Assembly (NCBI GenBank): GCA_039921505.1
Contig: JBDSBR010000018.1
Coordinates: forward strand, 1,233 to 65,232
Reading direction: 5' to 3'
Source of the DNA: Chitinophagaceae bacterium
GTDB lineage: Bacteria > Bacteroidota > Bacteroidia > Chitinophagales > Chitinophagaceae
DNA: 64,000 bases
In this document: piece by piece, positions 18,769 through 28,296 of the stretch
How positions within the stretch are numbered: position 1 is the first letter of the stretch
How the letters are laid out: every line of letters begins with the position of its first letter
Notes under the pieces: model-generated
Seen by the model: the letters and a program-made list of their open reading frames with translations, nothing else
Told to the model about the DNA's origin: nothing
The model's database searches: none
Translations under genes and position numbers: made by a program

Positions 18769-20095
18769 AGCAATACTGTTTTTTGGCAGCTCCTTTTTCC
18801 TGGCTGTATTTTCTTTACAGGCACAGGAAAAAAGACCGCTCGGTTTAGCGGAGGCAATCGACCTGAGCATTAAGAACAGTCACCAATTGAAAAGCAGCCA
18901 GGCGAAAATTGAAGAAGCTACTGCCGCATTAAAACAAGCGGTACAAAAAAAATTGCCTGATGCCAGCGTTACCGGTTCTTACCTCCGGTTAACGACGGCC
19001 AATGTCGACCTGAAAACAAAAAACAATAACAGCGGCGGAACAGGTACAACTAATGAAACACCCAAAGTATCCCAGGCTATGTACGGCATCGTAAATGCTT
19101 CTCTGCCGATCTATGCCGGTGGAAGAATAAGGTATGGTATCGAATCATCCGAATTCCTGGAGAAAGCCTCCAAACTGGATGCGGAAGATGATAAAGACGA
19201 AGTGATCCAGACAACGATCGAGGCATTTGCCACATTATTTAAAGCAAAAACGGCCGTTCGCCTGGTAAAAGAAAACCTGGCGCAATCCGAACAGCGGGCA
19301 AAGGATCTCGGCAATTTGGAAAAGAACGGCTTGCTGGCCCGTAACGACCTGTTGAAAGCTCAACTTCAATCATCCAATATTGAACTGAACCTGCTCGATG
19401 CGGAAAATAACCTGCAACTGGCCAACGTGAATATGGACCTGATGCTGGGTCTGCCCACCACTACCGAACTGGTTTTGGATACAACAGGGATCGCGAAAAA
19501 AGATGACCCGAGAGTGCTCGATGATTACCTGCAACTGGCGATGAATAACCGGAAAGATGTTTCGGCCCTGGATTACCGGACCAAAGCTGCCCAATCAGGT
19601 ATAAAGGCGATAAAGGGAGAAAAATATCCTTCCCTTCAATTAACGGGTGGTTATATCGCCGCGGATATTCCTAAACTCGTGTCCATTACCAATGCACTGA
19701 ATATCGGTATCGGCGTTTCGTATAACATCGGTTCACTCTGGAAGAATAAAGCCAAAGTGCAGCAGGCGGAAGCCCAGGTGAAACAACTGGTCGCAACCCG
19801 TGCGATGGCAGATGATAATATCCGGCTCCAGGTAAATAAAAATTATTTCTCCCTGCTCAGCTACCGCAAAAAAATCGAAGTCTATGCGAAAGCCCGGGAA
19901 CAGGCAAGTGAAAATTACCGCATCATCAAAAATAAATTTGACAACAGTCTTGCTACGACCACCGAATTACTGGAAGCGGATGTGGCGCTCTTACAGGCAA
20001 CACTCAGCTACACCCTCGCAAGAGCTGATGCCTTCGTAGCTTATAATAAATTATTACAGACAGCAGGTGTTTTAAGCACCGAATTAAAAAAATAA
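18758..20095 (+). CDS. TolC-family outer membrane efflux protein
   Basis: Signal peptide, OEP helical repeats, position in the efflux operon. Confidence 0.88.
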   Translation: MKNKAILFFGSSFFLAVFSLQAQEKRPLGLAEAIDLSIKNSHQLKSSQAKIEEATAALKQAVQKKLPDASVTGSYLRLTTANVDLKTKNNNSGGTGTTNETPKVSQAMYGIVNASLPIYAGGRIRYGIESSEFLEKASKLDAEDDKDEVIQTTIEAFATLFKAKTAVRLVKENLAQSEQRAKDLGNLEKNGLLARNDLLKAQLQSSNIELNLLDAENNLQLANVNMDLMLGLPTTTELVLDTTGIAKKDDPRVLDDYLQLAMNNRKDVSALDYRTKAAQSGIKAIKGEKYPSLQLTGGYIAADIPKLVSITNALNIGIGVSYNIGSLWKNKAKVQQAEAQVKQLVATRAMADDNIRLQVNKNYFSLLSYRKKIEVYAKAREQASENYRIIKNKFDNSLATTTELLEADVALLQATLSYTLARADAFVAYNKLLQTAGVLSTELKK

Positions 20096-20109
20096 TAACT
20101 GCACTTAAT

Positions 20110-21204
20110 ATGGAAGCAACAACCAACGAAGTAAAAAAGAAAAAGAACCCCGTTTTTATCATTGTACTGGCGCTCCTCCTGATCGCGGGTGGCTGGTTCG
20201 GGTTTACCAAATACAAACATGCCCAGCATCATGAAGATACCGATGATGCGCAGATAAGCGCCGATATCGTTCCCGCCATTCCCCGTGTTTCGGGTTATGT
20301 GATGGAGATAAGGGTGAATGATAACCAGCATGTAAAAAAAGGTGATACCCTGGTCATATTGGACAACAGGGATTATGTAATAAAAGTAGAGCAGGCAGAG
20401 GCGGCGCTGGGCATCGCCAGGAGCAACCTGGGAAGTGCCCAGGCAAATACCAATGCAGCCAGGGCCAATATCGCAACCTCGCAAGCCTCGGTAGGAACGA
20501 TCGATGCCCAGATCGAATCTGCTAAAGTAAACCTCTGGAGGGCCACAGAAGATTATAACCGTTATGCCAACCTGATTAAAGATCATTCTATCACACAGCA
20601 ACAGTTTGAACAGGCTTCAGCAGCGAAGCAACTTGCCGAAAAACAAGTGTCGATCCTGCAACAGCAAAAATTGCAGGCCTCCCAGCAAACCAATGCGGTT
20701 TCTGTGCAGAGTAATGCAACTGCTTCGCAGATAGGAATAGCTGATGCTACGATCAAACAAAAGCAGGCGGATGTGGATGCGGCTAAACTCAACCTTTCTT
20801 ATACGATTATTACTGCCACACAGGACGGGCTCGTCTCCAAAGTGAATGTGCTACCCGGGCAATTCGTCCAGGCGGGCCAGGCCTTGTTTAGTATCGTACA
20901 TAGTGAGGAGGTATGGGTGATCGGTAATTTTAAAGAGACACAGTTGAATAAAATGACGATAGGACAGCAGGTGATTATAAAAGCGGATGCCTTCCCGAAA
21001 CATAAATTCATGGCGGTACTCAGTTCATTTGCACCGGCTACCGGTTCTACGTTTGCGTTATTACCACCGGATAATGCCAGCGGTAATTTTGTAAAAGTGG
21101 TACAGCGGCTACCGGTAAAGATTGAATTCACGGATAAGGGAGACTCCCTGATCAGGAAACTGAGACCCGGAATGAATGTGTCGGTGGATGTTCATTTAGA
21201 TTGA
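20110..21204 (+). CDS. HlyD/EmrA membrane fusion protein
   Basis: TDDAQ, V.DNQHVKKGDTLV, NFKETQL, LPPDNASGNFVKVVQRLPVKI. Confidence 0.92.
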   Translation: MEATTNEVKKKKNPVFIIVLALLLIAGGWFGFTKYKHAQHHEDTDDAQISADIVPAIPRVSGYVMEIRVNDNQHVKKGDTLVILDNRDYVIKVEQAEAALGIARSNLGSAQANTNAARANIATSQASVGTIDAQIESAKVNLWRATEDYNRYANLIKDHSITQQQFEQASAAKQLAEKQVSILQQQKLQASQQTNAVSVQSNATASQIGIADATIKQKQADVDAAKLNLSYTIITATQDGLVSKVNVLPGQFVQAGQALFSIVHSEEVWVIGNFKETQLNKMTIGQQVIIKADAFPKHKFMAVLSSFAPATGSTFALLPPDNASGNFVKVVQRLPVKIEFTDKGDSLIRKLRPGMNVSVDVHLD

Positions 21205-21214
21205 TGGAAGCAGG

Positions 21215-21335
21215 TAGGGATTGGCGAGTAGCCAGTGGGAAGTGAGAAGTAGTGAGTGGCGGGTTTGCAACCTAAAACCTAAAACCTAAAACCTAAAACC
21301 TCGAACCTCAAACCTAAAACCTCAAACTGACAACT
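21215..21335. repeat. Two adjacent heptamer tracts (GGCGAGT-type; AACCTAA-type x9)
   Basis: Four exact AACCTAA copies from 21269, then variants AACCTCG, AACCTCA, AACCTAA, AACCTCA, AACTGAC to 21331. Confidence 0.85.
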
Positions 21336-21342
21336 TACTAAT

Positions 21343-22926
21343 ATGGTTCAGGCAGCATCCTTGGTTGAATATGGGTCAAGACGGGTCATTATTACGATCA
21401 CGGCGATCCTTTGCGCATTGCTGGAGATCGTTGATACCACGATCGTAAATGTTTCCTTACATGATATGCAGGGAAACCTGGGCGCCACCACCACGGAAGT
21501 CGGGTGGGTGATCACTGCCTATGCTATCGGTAATGTAATTATTGTTCCCATGACCAGCTGGCTGTCGCTTCAATTTGGCCGGCGAAATTACTTTGCAGCT
21601 TCTATCCTGTTATTTACCGTTTGTTCTTTCCTGTGCGGAAATGCAACGGGTATATGGGAGTTGGTTTTCTTCCGTTTCATGCAGGGGCTTGGCGGAGGTG
21701 CTTTACTTGTTACTTCACAAACGATCATTACAGAAAGTTATCCTCCTGAAAAAAGAGGAATGGCTCAGGCGATCTACGGAATGGGTGTCATCGTGGGCCC
21801 GACACTGGGTCCGCCCCTCGGAGGTTATATCACAGAGATGGCGGGCTGGCCCTATATCTTTTATATCAATATTCCCCTCGGTATTATTGCGGCTCTGCTC
21901 ACCCTGCAATTTGTAAGAAGTCCCCGGTATGCTGAGAAAAGTGCGGTGAGTGATATTGACTGGGCCGGTATAGGGTTGCTGGCGATATTTGTCGGTTCTC
22001 TTCAATATATATTGGAGAAAGGACATGATGAAGACTGGTTTGCCAGCAGCACGATCATATTTTTTACCGCAACCGCCATATTAGGAGCTTTCTTTTTTGT
22101 ATGGCGGGAACTGACATTCCGCAACCCCATTGTACAGCTACGGGTGTTAAAGAACCGGAACCTGGCAGTTGGTACGATACTCTCCTTCATTATGGGGTTC
22201 GGTTTATATGGCTCGACATTTATCATTCCTCTTTATACACAACAGATACTGGGATGGACACCTACGCAAGCAGGCATGCTGATGGTGCCAGCAGCATTGA
22301 CCACAGCCCTGCTGATGCCTTTTATGGGAAAGATGCTGCAAAAAGGAGCTAAGCCCAATATTTTGATCTCACTGGGAATGCTTGTCTTCTTTTTCTTTTG
22401 CTTCTGGGGATATAAAATATTAACGCCGGATACCAGCAAGGATTCTTTCTTCTGGATGCTGATCATGCGCGGGATCGCCATGGCATTATTATTCATTCCA
22501 ATTACGATGATGTCATTGAGTACCCTGAAAGGACGACAGATAGGCGATGGCGCTGCGTTTACGGGTATGATGCGGCAACTCGGCGGATCCTTCGGTATCG
22601 CACTCATTACAACTTTCATGGCACAGCAGATGATGGTGCACAGGGGCAACCTGGTTTCAAAAATGGATATAAGCAGCCCCGCGGTAGTGGCCAAAGTAAA
22701 TGGCTTACAACAGGTTTTTATTGCAAAAGGTAAAACACCGGAGATCGCCCTGCAAAGCGCTTATAAAGTATTGGACATGGGAGTAATGAAACAGGCAGCT
22801 GTATTATCCTATATGGATGTATTTCTGTATATCGGGTTGCTCTTCCTTATCTGCATTCCATTTGTGATGATGGTCAAATCCAATAAGAAGAAAGCGGAGA
22901 AGCCGGATCTCAGTGCGGCGCATTAG
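21343..22926 (+). CDS. DHA2/EmrB-family MFS efflux permease
   Basis: LEIVDTTIVNV, GRRNYF, RFMQGLGGG, GPTLGPPLGG, RQLGGSFGIA. Confidence 0.92.
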   Translation: MVQAASLVEYGSRRVIITITAILCALLEIVDTTIVNVSLHDMQGNLGATTTEVGWVITAYAIGNVIIVPMTSWLSLQFGRRNYFAASILLFTVCSFLCGNATGIWELVFFRFMQGLGGGALLVTSQTIITESYPPEKRGMAQAIYGMGVIVGPTLGPPLGGYITEMAGWPYIFYINIPLGIIAALLTLQFVRSPRYAEKSAVSDIDWAGIGLLAIFVGSLQYILEKGHDEDWFASSTIIFFTATAILGAFFFVWRELTFRNPIVQLRVLKNRNLAVGTILSFIMGFGLYGSTFIIPLYTQQILGWTPTQAGMLMVPAALTTALLMPFMGKMLQKGAKPNILISLGMLVFFFFCFWGYKILTPDTSKDSFFWMLIMRGIAMALLFIPITMMSLSTLKGRQIGDGAAFTGMMRQLGGSFGIALITTFMAQQMMVHRGNLVSKMDISSPAVVAKVNGLQQVFIAKGKTPEIALQSAYKVLDMGVMKQAAVLSYMDVFLYIGLLFLICIPFVMMVKSNKKKAEKPDLSAAH

Positions 22927-22949
22927 AGCCCGTCTCAAAAGTCCGGACT

Positions 22950-23040
22950 CAACACAGAGCCACAGAGTTATTGAGTTTCACAGAGAGATACAGGGAAAGC
23001 ATCGCTCTGTGATTCTCTGTTCCTCTGTATCTCTGTGTTG
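22950..23040. repeat. CACAGAG/CTCTGTG inverted micro-repeat between convergent genes
   Basis: CAACACAGAG (22950) and CTCTGTGTTG (23031) form a perfect outer IR around degenerate internal copies. Confidence 0.75.
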
Positions 23041-23075
23041 AAAGTACTTTTGAGACAGCTTCCAATTCACCTTGA

Positions 23076-23990
23076 TCATAACAACCCTTTTACCGCGGCC
23101 TGGTCAAGCAGTACCCGGGATGTTTTCTTCTCCCAGTCATACAGTACCAGTTTATTGTCAGGTTGCTGTGTGATATATACTGCCTGTTTGGTTGCAGGAT
23201 TATACCTTACCATAAAGGAACTGATGCCTTCCGCTTTTTGTTTGTGACTGCCATCGGTCTTCATCGTCATCACATTATCCGGCGCCAGTGTATACACAAT
23301 TGTATTCTTATCGATCCAGGAAGGGTAGAAATTATGGGTCGCTGTATCATTGGTTAGGTTGGTATGAAAGCTTCCTTTTGAATCGGTCAGCCAGACCTGG
23401 TCACGGTTGTCTCCTTTTTCAAAATAATAAACGATCTGGTCACCTTTCGGCGCCCAGACAGGATTGTAACTTTTATACTTGCCGCTTTCGGTCACCTGCG
23501 TAATTTCCTTTGTCTTTATATCAACGATGCAGATCTCCAGCGTGGCATCACGGCCACGGCCGTTGGATTCCCTGTTGTAAACGATCTTCTTCCCATCACC
23601 CGACCAGTTGGGTGAATTCTTATTGAAGCTGTCAACCACCAAAGCCGTTTCCTGCTTACTGGCAAGATCGTAGAGATAGATATCACCTTTATTCCCTTCT
23701 TTCGTTCTCACATAGGCAATGGTTTTTCCATCCGGGGAAGCGGAACGGTTGCCGCCATCAAAGGCGAGGGGCTCTAATTTATTTCCTTCCAGTGCAAAAG
23801 TGAAACCTTTAAAGACCGGCGGTACTTTTCTTGTCTTGTCAAATTTTACAATATTCAGCAACAATGCTTTTCCATCCGGCATCCAGTTAGCCGCGGTGAT
23901 CACAGTCACAAAATTGCTGTCGGCATTATTTTGCGAGAATGCGATGAAAGAGCTACTCAGGATCAACCCAAAGACAACTATTTTTTTCAT
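23076..23990 (-). CDS. TolB-like / PD40 beta-propeller periplasmic protein
   Basis: Signal peptide; repeats ASPDGKTIAY, PNWSGDGKKIVY, PVWAPKGDQIVY. Confidence 0.8.
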   Translation of the reverse strand: MKKIVVFGLILSSSFIAFSQNNADSNFVTVITAANWMPDGKALLLNIVKFDKTRKVPPVFKGFTFALEGNKLEPLAFDGGNRSASPDGKTIAYVRTKEGNKGDIYLYDLASKQETALVVDSFNKNSPNWSGDGKKIVYNRESNGRGRDATLEICIVDIKTKEITQVTESGKYKSYNPVWAPKGDQIVYYFEKGDNRDQVWLTDSKGSFHTNLTNDTATHNFYPSWIDKNTIVYTLAPDNVMTMKTDGSHKQKAEGISSFMVRYNPATKQAVYITQQPDNKLVLYDWEKKTSRVLLDQAAVKGLL

Positions 23991-23994
23991 ATTT

Positions 23995-25200
23995 TTATTG
24001 AATTAATTGATCGCCACAGGTAAAAGCATCAATATTATTCGTGTACCATTCCCAGCGTTCGATACCCCCGATGATCCAGCCGATACGGTATCCTTTTTTC
24101 AGCAGCGCGTCGGCCAGTTCAATACCTGTATAACCATCCTGGGGAAGAATCATATACAGTTTGTTCTTATCAGGAAATTGTTGCGTAAAGGCGTCAGCCG
24201 TTTTATAAAAAGGAAAATTGACCGCCCCGTTTAACGTCTTGTAATTGATCTTGGTTCCCTCGGTCACCTGGTTAAAGGTAGTGTCATGGCGCAGGTCGAT
24301 CCATTGCACATTCTTCGGCGCTTCTTTGCAAAAACTCAGCGGGGTATAAAACTGGATATTGCTATTGTACACAAGTACTTTTTTCCCAGCTTCGCGGGAC
24401 TGGAAATTGACGACATATTCATAAAATCCGGGCAGGCTGTTGACCAGGTTATAGATATTGGTGTAGCCTTTGCGTGCCAGCCATTCCGACATATCCTGTG
24501 CACCGCCGCCTACTTTGCTGAACAGGACAACAGGCCTGCCATTTGATGCTTTTACTTTTTCCAGTACCTGCAAGGAATCAGCTGGCCGGTAATAGTTCGC
24601 TTCTTTTATATCAGGGAAATAGGGATAATACGGAGCTACAAGAGAATCAAAAAAGAAACGAGGCGGGCTGTTCAACCCGATAAGCTCTACAGGTTCTTTG
24701 GCGGCTAATTTCTTAAAAAGTTCTGATGGGGCTATATTATGATAGGCGATATTGTTCTGGTACATACCCGCCATATAAGGCTGTAGTTCTTCATAGTTCC
24801 GGTACCATTCGGTCATCCCGCCTTTTACATTATTGACACTGGTAAAACCATTCTCCAGTAATAAATTGGAGATCCGGCGGCTACGGTAGCTGTGCGAGCA
24901 GATCACATAGATATCTTCGTTCTTGTATTTATCCAGCTGGTGAATGGTCTCCGGTTTGCCTAGAAGGTCCTGCAGGGAAACATTGACAGCTGTATTGATA
25001 CGACCGATCCCGGCATGCCGCCCGCTATTGGTGGTATCCATGTATTCACCCGGTGTCCGCACATCCAGGATGATATAACCTTTACCTCCCTGCTGCGCTT
25101 TCTGCGCCAGTTGCAGGAGGCTGACTTCTTTATAATTATTCTGTGCAGTTACAACCCTTACCGCAAAAAGCAGTATAAGCAAGAAAGCATTTTTTCTCAT
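23995..25200 (-). CDS. Exported multi-rhodanese-domain protein
   Basis: Signal peptide from ATG 25200; ILDVRTPGEY...YVICSHSYRS...VKGGM; two further degenerate rhodanese-like repeats. Confidence 0.7.
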   Translation of the reverse strand: MRKNAFLLILLFAVRVVTAQNNYKEVSLLQLAQKAQQGGKGYIILDVRTPGEYMDTTNSGRHAGIGRINTAVNVSLQDLLGKPETIHQLDKYKNEDIYVICSHSYRSRRISNLLLENGFTSVNNVKGGMTEWYRNYEELQPYMAGMYQNNIAYHNIAPSELFKKLAAKEPVELIGLNSPPRFFFDSLVAPYYPYFPDIKEANYYRPADSLQVLEKVKASNGRPVVLFSKVGGGAQDMSEWLARKGYTNIYNLVNSLPGFYEYVVNFQSREAGKKVLVYNSNIQFYTPLSFCKEAPKNVQWIDLRHDTTFNQVTEGTKINYKTLNGAVNFPFYKTADAFTQQFPDKNKLYMILPQDGYTGIELADALLKKGYRIGWIIGGIERWEWYTNNIDAFTCGDQLIQ

Positions 25201-25283
25201 GGCTGATTTTTTGTCAAAAGGAAGATAGGAATAAAGAGATCTGTTCTTATTACCGCCGGTATAAAATAACAGGAAGAAAATGT

Positions 25284-25964
25284 CTATTTGTAAGCTGAAA
25301 TATTGATCTTCTCCCTGCAAAACGAATACTCCACTTCATCATTACTGCTCACTACCACCAACCGTTCTTTACAATGATCACTGACCAGGCGCTGGTATAA
25401 TTCAATACCGGCAGCATCCAGGTTGGTACAGGGTTCATCCAGTAATACAATAGGGACATCAGAAAAAATAGATTGCGACAGCTTCACCCGCTGTTTCATC
25501 CCCGAAGAATAAAAACGGATCTGTTTGTTCAACGCTTTTTCCAAACCAATACTGGCAATGATCGATTCCGTTGTTATGCCTTTTAAAAAAGGTTTGAATC
25601 CCTGGTGAAAATCCAGGAACTCTTTTATTGTCATTTCTTCCACCACTTCCATATAGGGAGCGCATATGGAAACATAACGATAAATATTTTCGACAGGAAT
25701 AACGATACTCTTGGCTAATGGCTCACGGCTAACGGCTAACGGCTCTTGGCTCCCCGCTCCCCGCTCTCGGCTCCCCCCTCTGTATTCTATATTTCCTTCA
25801 GAGAGCATCATTGCGCCGCTCAACGCCTGTAACAGCGTACTCTTTCCCGACCCGTTCGGTCCCGTGATTGCATACGATTGTCCTGCTTCAAATGTATAAT
25901 TGAAATGACGGAAGATCCAGTCCCGGTTGAACCGCTTCGCGGCATCAGATAGGGAGATCGTCAT
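25284..25964 (-). CDS. ABC transporter ATP-binding protein (the type usually found after lpxA)
   Basis: GPNGSGKST, YSSGMKQR, LLDEP; overlaps the lpxA stop; carries a repeat-derived insertion. Confidence 0.88.
   Translation of the reverse strand: MTISLSDAAKRFNRDWIFRHFNYTFEAGQSYAITGPNGSGKSTLLQALSGAMMLSEGNIEYRGGSRERGAGSQEPLAVSREPLAKSIVIPVENIYRYVSICAPYMEVVEEMTIKEFLDFHQGFKPFLKGITTESIIASIGLEKALNKQIRFYSSGMKQRVKLSQSIFSDVPIVLLDEPCTNLDAAGIELYQRLVSDHCKERLVVVSSNDEVEYSFCREKINISAYK
25711..25780. repeat. Ten-unit heptamer tract inside ABC ATPase CDS
   Basis: TTGGCTA ATGGCTC ACGGCTA ACGGCTA ACGGCTC TTGGCTC CCCGCTC CCCGCTC TCGGCTC CCCCCTC. Confidence 0.85.
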
Positions 25965-26751
25965 CGTTGCTGCCTTTAGTGAAGCGTTTGATGATACCGC
26001 GGCCACTTTCCCGGATGAAAGTGACAATCTCATCCCGTTCATCGGTGGCGGGCATTTCTTCTTCGATGAATTCTACGGCCTGGCTGGTGTTCATGCCTTT
26101 ATTATACATCACCCGGTAGATATCCAGGATATGGTTGATCCGTTCAATGCTGAATCCACGGCGTTTTAAACCAATGGAATTTACACCGGCATAGCTCAAC
26201 GGCGTTCGACCGGCTTTGATATAAGGAGGAACATCTTTACCAACCAGTGAACCGCCACTGATAAAAGAATGCTGCCCGATTTTCACAAACTGGTGCACGG
26301 CGCACATGCCACCGATGATGGCCCAGTCACCGATCGTTACGTGTCCTGCTACCTGTGTATTATTACTGGTGATGCAATTATCACCTACGAAACAGTCATG
26401 TGCAAAATGGCAATACGCCATGATGAGGCAGTTTTTCCCGATCACCGTTTTATCCCGGTCCTTGGTGCCCCGGTTCACGGTCACAAATTCACGGATAGTG
26501 GTACCATCACCAATATATACATTGGAGTATTCACCCTGGAATTTCAGGTCCTGCGGAATAGCCGCGATCACTGCGCCGGGAAAAATGCGGCAGTTTTTAC
26601 CGATCCGGGCCCCTTCCATAATGGTCACATTGGAGCCGATCCAGGTCCCGTCTCCAATCTCAACGTCCTGGTGAATTACCGTAAAGGGATCAATTTTTAC
26701 ATTCGTGGCCAGCCTTGCGTTGGGATGGATATATGTGTGCGGATGGATCAT
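25945..26751 (-). CDS. lpxA: Acyl-ACP--UDP-N-acetylglucosamine O-acyltransferase
   Basis: Hexapeptide repeats, PQDLKF, IREFVTVNRGT, MAYCHFAHDC, VHQF, GVNSIGLKRRGF. Confidence 0.95.
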   Translation of the reverse strand: MIHPHTYIHPNARLATNVKIDPFTVIHQDVEIGDGTWIGSNVTIMEGARIGKNCRIFPGAVIAAIPQDLKFQGEYSNVYIGDGTTIREFVTVNRGTKDRDKTVIGKNCLIMAYCHFAHDCFVGDNCITSNNTQVAGHVTIGDWAIIGGMCAVHQFVKIGQHSFISGGSLVGKDVPPYIKAGRTPLSYAGVNSIGLKRRGFSIERINHILDIYRVMYNKGMNTSQAVEFIEEEMPATDERDEIVTFIRESGRGIIKRFTKGSNDDDLPI

Positions 26752-26901
26752 GCAGTTGATTACAAAACCCGGCAAAAGCCGGGAACGGGCAAAGTTAATC
26801 CTTACGGTCAGAAACCGAACTTTTTTTGGGCATAGATTGTTAAAAATCAGGACTTCAGCCTTTGTGCCGGCCTCAATGATGGAAAATCAATGTTGGCACA
26901 G

Positions 26902-26909
26902 TAAATTTG
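26902..26909 (+). promoter_or_regulatory. -7 promoter box (AraC gene)
   Basis: TAAATTTG, 9 nt before ATG 26919. Confidence 0.55.
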
Positions 26910-26918
26910 CACCTGAAC

Positions 26919-27860
26919 ATGTACAACCCTCCGGATATACTGACGTTGGCCTATAAACAGAACCTCATGCAGGATCAACTGGTCCTGTTACAGGAAAGGG
27001 AACAACAAATCCCCGGTTCTGTCCGGTATACCATTAACCGGTACAACCGCAACCCCCAATGGAATATTGAGGATACCGGTATGATGGTTTATCATTACGG
27101 CAAATCGGCAACCAAAGAAGATTACCTGGAACTCCGTTTCTGCGTAAGCGGTAATGTGTATTGCCGGAAGAAACAAACCGAATGTGATATGTGCCAGTTC
27201 GGTGCTTCCAAAATCTGTATGGAGAGGGTCGATAGTGTGGACGTCGTCAGTTTTAAATTCACGCCCGCGCATCTCAGCCAGTTCGTCAAACCCCGGAAAG
27301 GAAATACTGTACTTACAGATGATATCCTGAATTTCAAACACCAGTCCTCCTTTACCAAAATTCTCCCGCTCTGCGGCAAGACGAGAATGGTGCTGGAAGG
27401 AGTGTTGAATCATACCTATAGCGGCAGCCTTGAGAATATCTATATCAACGCACAGACCCAGATGCTGTTATTGTACAGTCTTGACTGTATGCTCGGCGAA
27501 AAGGAAATTGATACGGTTAATTGTAAGTTCCTCGCCAATGAACTCGACCGGGAAAAAATTGTAAAGGCAAGAGAGATATTATTACAGCATATCGGTGAGC
27601 CCATCACGATTAAGGAACTCAGCCGTAAAGTGGCCATCAATGAATGCTACCTGAAAAAAGGATTCAAAGAATTATTTGGTACCACCATATTTGATTTTTA
27701 TCAAAGTCAACGAATGGAACATGCGAAATATCTCTTGTATGAAAAAGGGCTGAGTGTGACCGAAGTTTCATTGCTGCTCGGTTATTCTTCCATTTCACAT
27801 TTCTCTACTGCTTTTAAAAAGCATACCGGGTTGAAACCCTGTGAGCTGCTGCTCAGGTAG
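26919..27860 (+). CDS. AraC-family regulator (PchR/YbtA-like) with Cys-rich N-terminal region
   Basis: C-terminal LKKGFKELFGTTI...VTEVSLLLGYSSISHFSTAFKKHTG. Start uncertain (26919 or later). Confidence 0.88.
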   Translation: MYNPPDILTLAYKQNLMQDQLVLLQEREQQIPGSVRYTINRYNRNPQWNIEDTGMMVYHYGKSATKEDYLELRFCVSGNVYCRKKQTECDMCQFGASKICMERVDSVDVVSFKFTPAHLSQFVKPRKGNTVLTDDILNFKHQSSFTKILPLCGKTRMVLEGVLNHTYSGSLENIYINAQTQMLLLYSLDCMLGEKEIDTVNCKFLANELDREKIVKAREILLQHIGEPITIKELSRKVAINECYLKKGFKELFGTTIFDFYQSQRMEHAKYLLYEKGLSVTEVSLLLGYSSISHFSTAFKKHTGLKPCELLLR

Positions 27861-27938
27861 CCCCTCTAAGTCTACTCTAAAGAGGAGAACTACGATAATA
27901 AATCACGCGGTTTCCTGTTTTTATTACAATCCGCTGTA

Positions 27939-27946
27939 TAGTTTTG
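27939..27946 (+). promoter_or_regulatory. -7 promoter box (Cys-rich small gene / TonB receptor)
   Basis: TAGTTTTG, 6 nt before ATG 27953. Confidence 0.55.
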
Positions 27947-27952
27947 CAATAC

Positions 27953-28258
27953 ATGAAGTTGGGGAGTTACATACTGGCTTTTTACCTGGTACTGCTTTCG
28001 GCCATGCCCTGCTGTGCTTTTGACAGTTGCCAGGACGATAATACGGATCCAACCGCAAATCATGAAAAAAGGGATAAGGATTGCGGAAACTGTTCTCCTT
28101 TTTTTAGTTGTGAGGGTTGTGCCCCCGCCACGATCGCTTTGGAACCTGTTCAATTTGGCATACCGGCCATTCAAATTCTTTCTGTTTACACAGCTTATAT
28201 TCAATTATCGCTTCCCCGGGTGGATTATGAATTCTGGCAGCCACCCAAAATAGGTTGA
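27953..28258 (+). CDS. Small Cys-rich exported protein (DUF6660-like)
   Basis: Signal-like N-terminus ending MPCC, CSPFFSCEGC, C-terminal FWQPPK; precedes a TonB receptor. Confidence 0.7.
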   Translation: MKLGSYILAFYLVLLSAMPCCAFDSCQDDNTDPTANHEKRDKDCGNCSPFFSCEGCAPATIALEPVQFGIPAIQILSVYTAYIQLSLPRVDYEFWQPPKIG

Positions 28259-28296
28259 TGAATATTATTCACTATTCATTAATCTAAAATTAATCC

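Noticed and set aside
21269-21331. Tandem repeats as CRISPR arrays (also 34783, 43659)
   Set aside because: Units are 7-9 nt with no spacers, and no cas genes are present.
26269-26835. 188-aa and 122-aa plus-strand ORFs over lpxA, and similar overlapping ORFs elsewhere in the track
   Set aside because: Antisense or alternate frames of well-supported genes; no independent signals.
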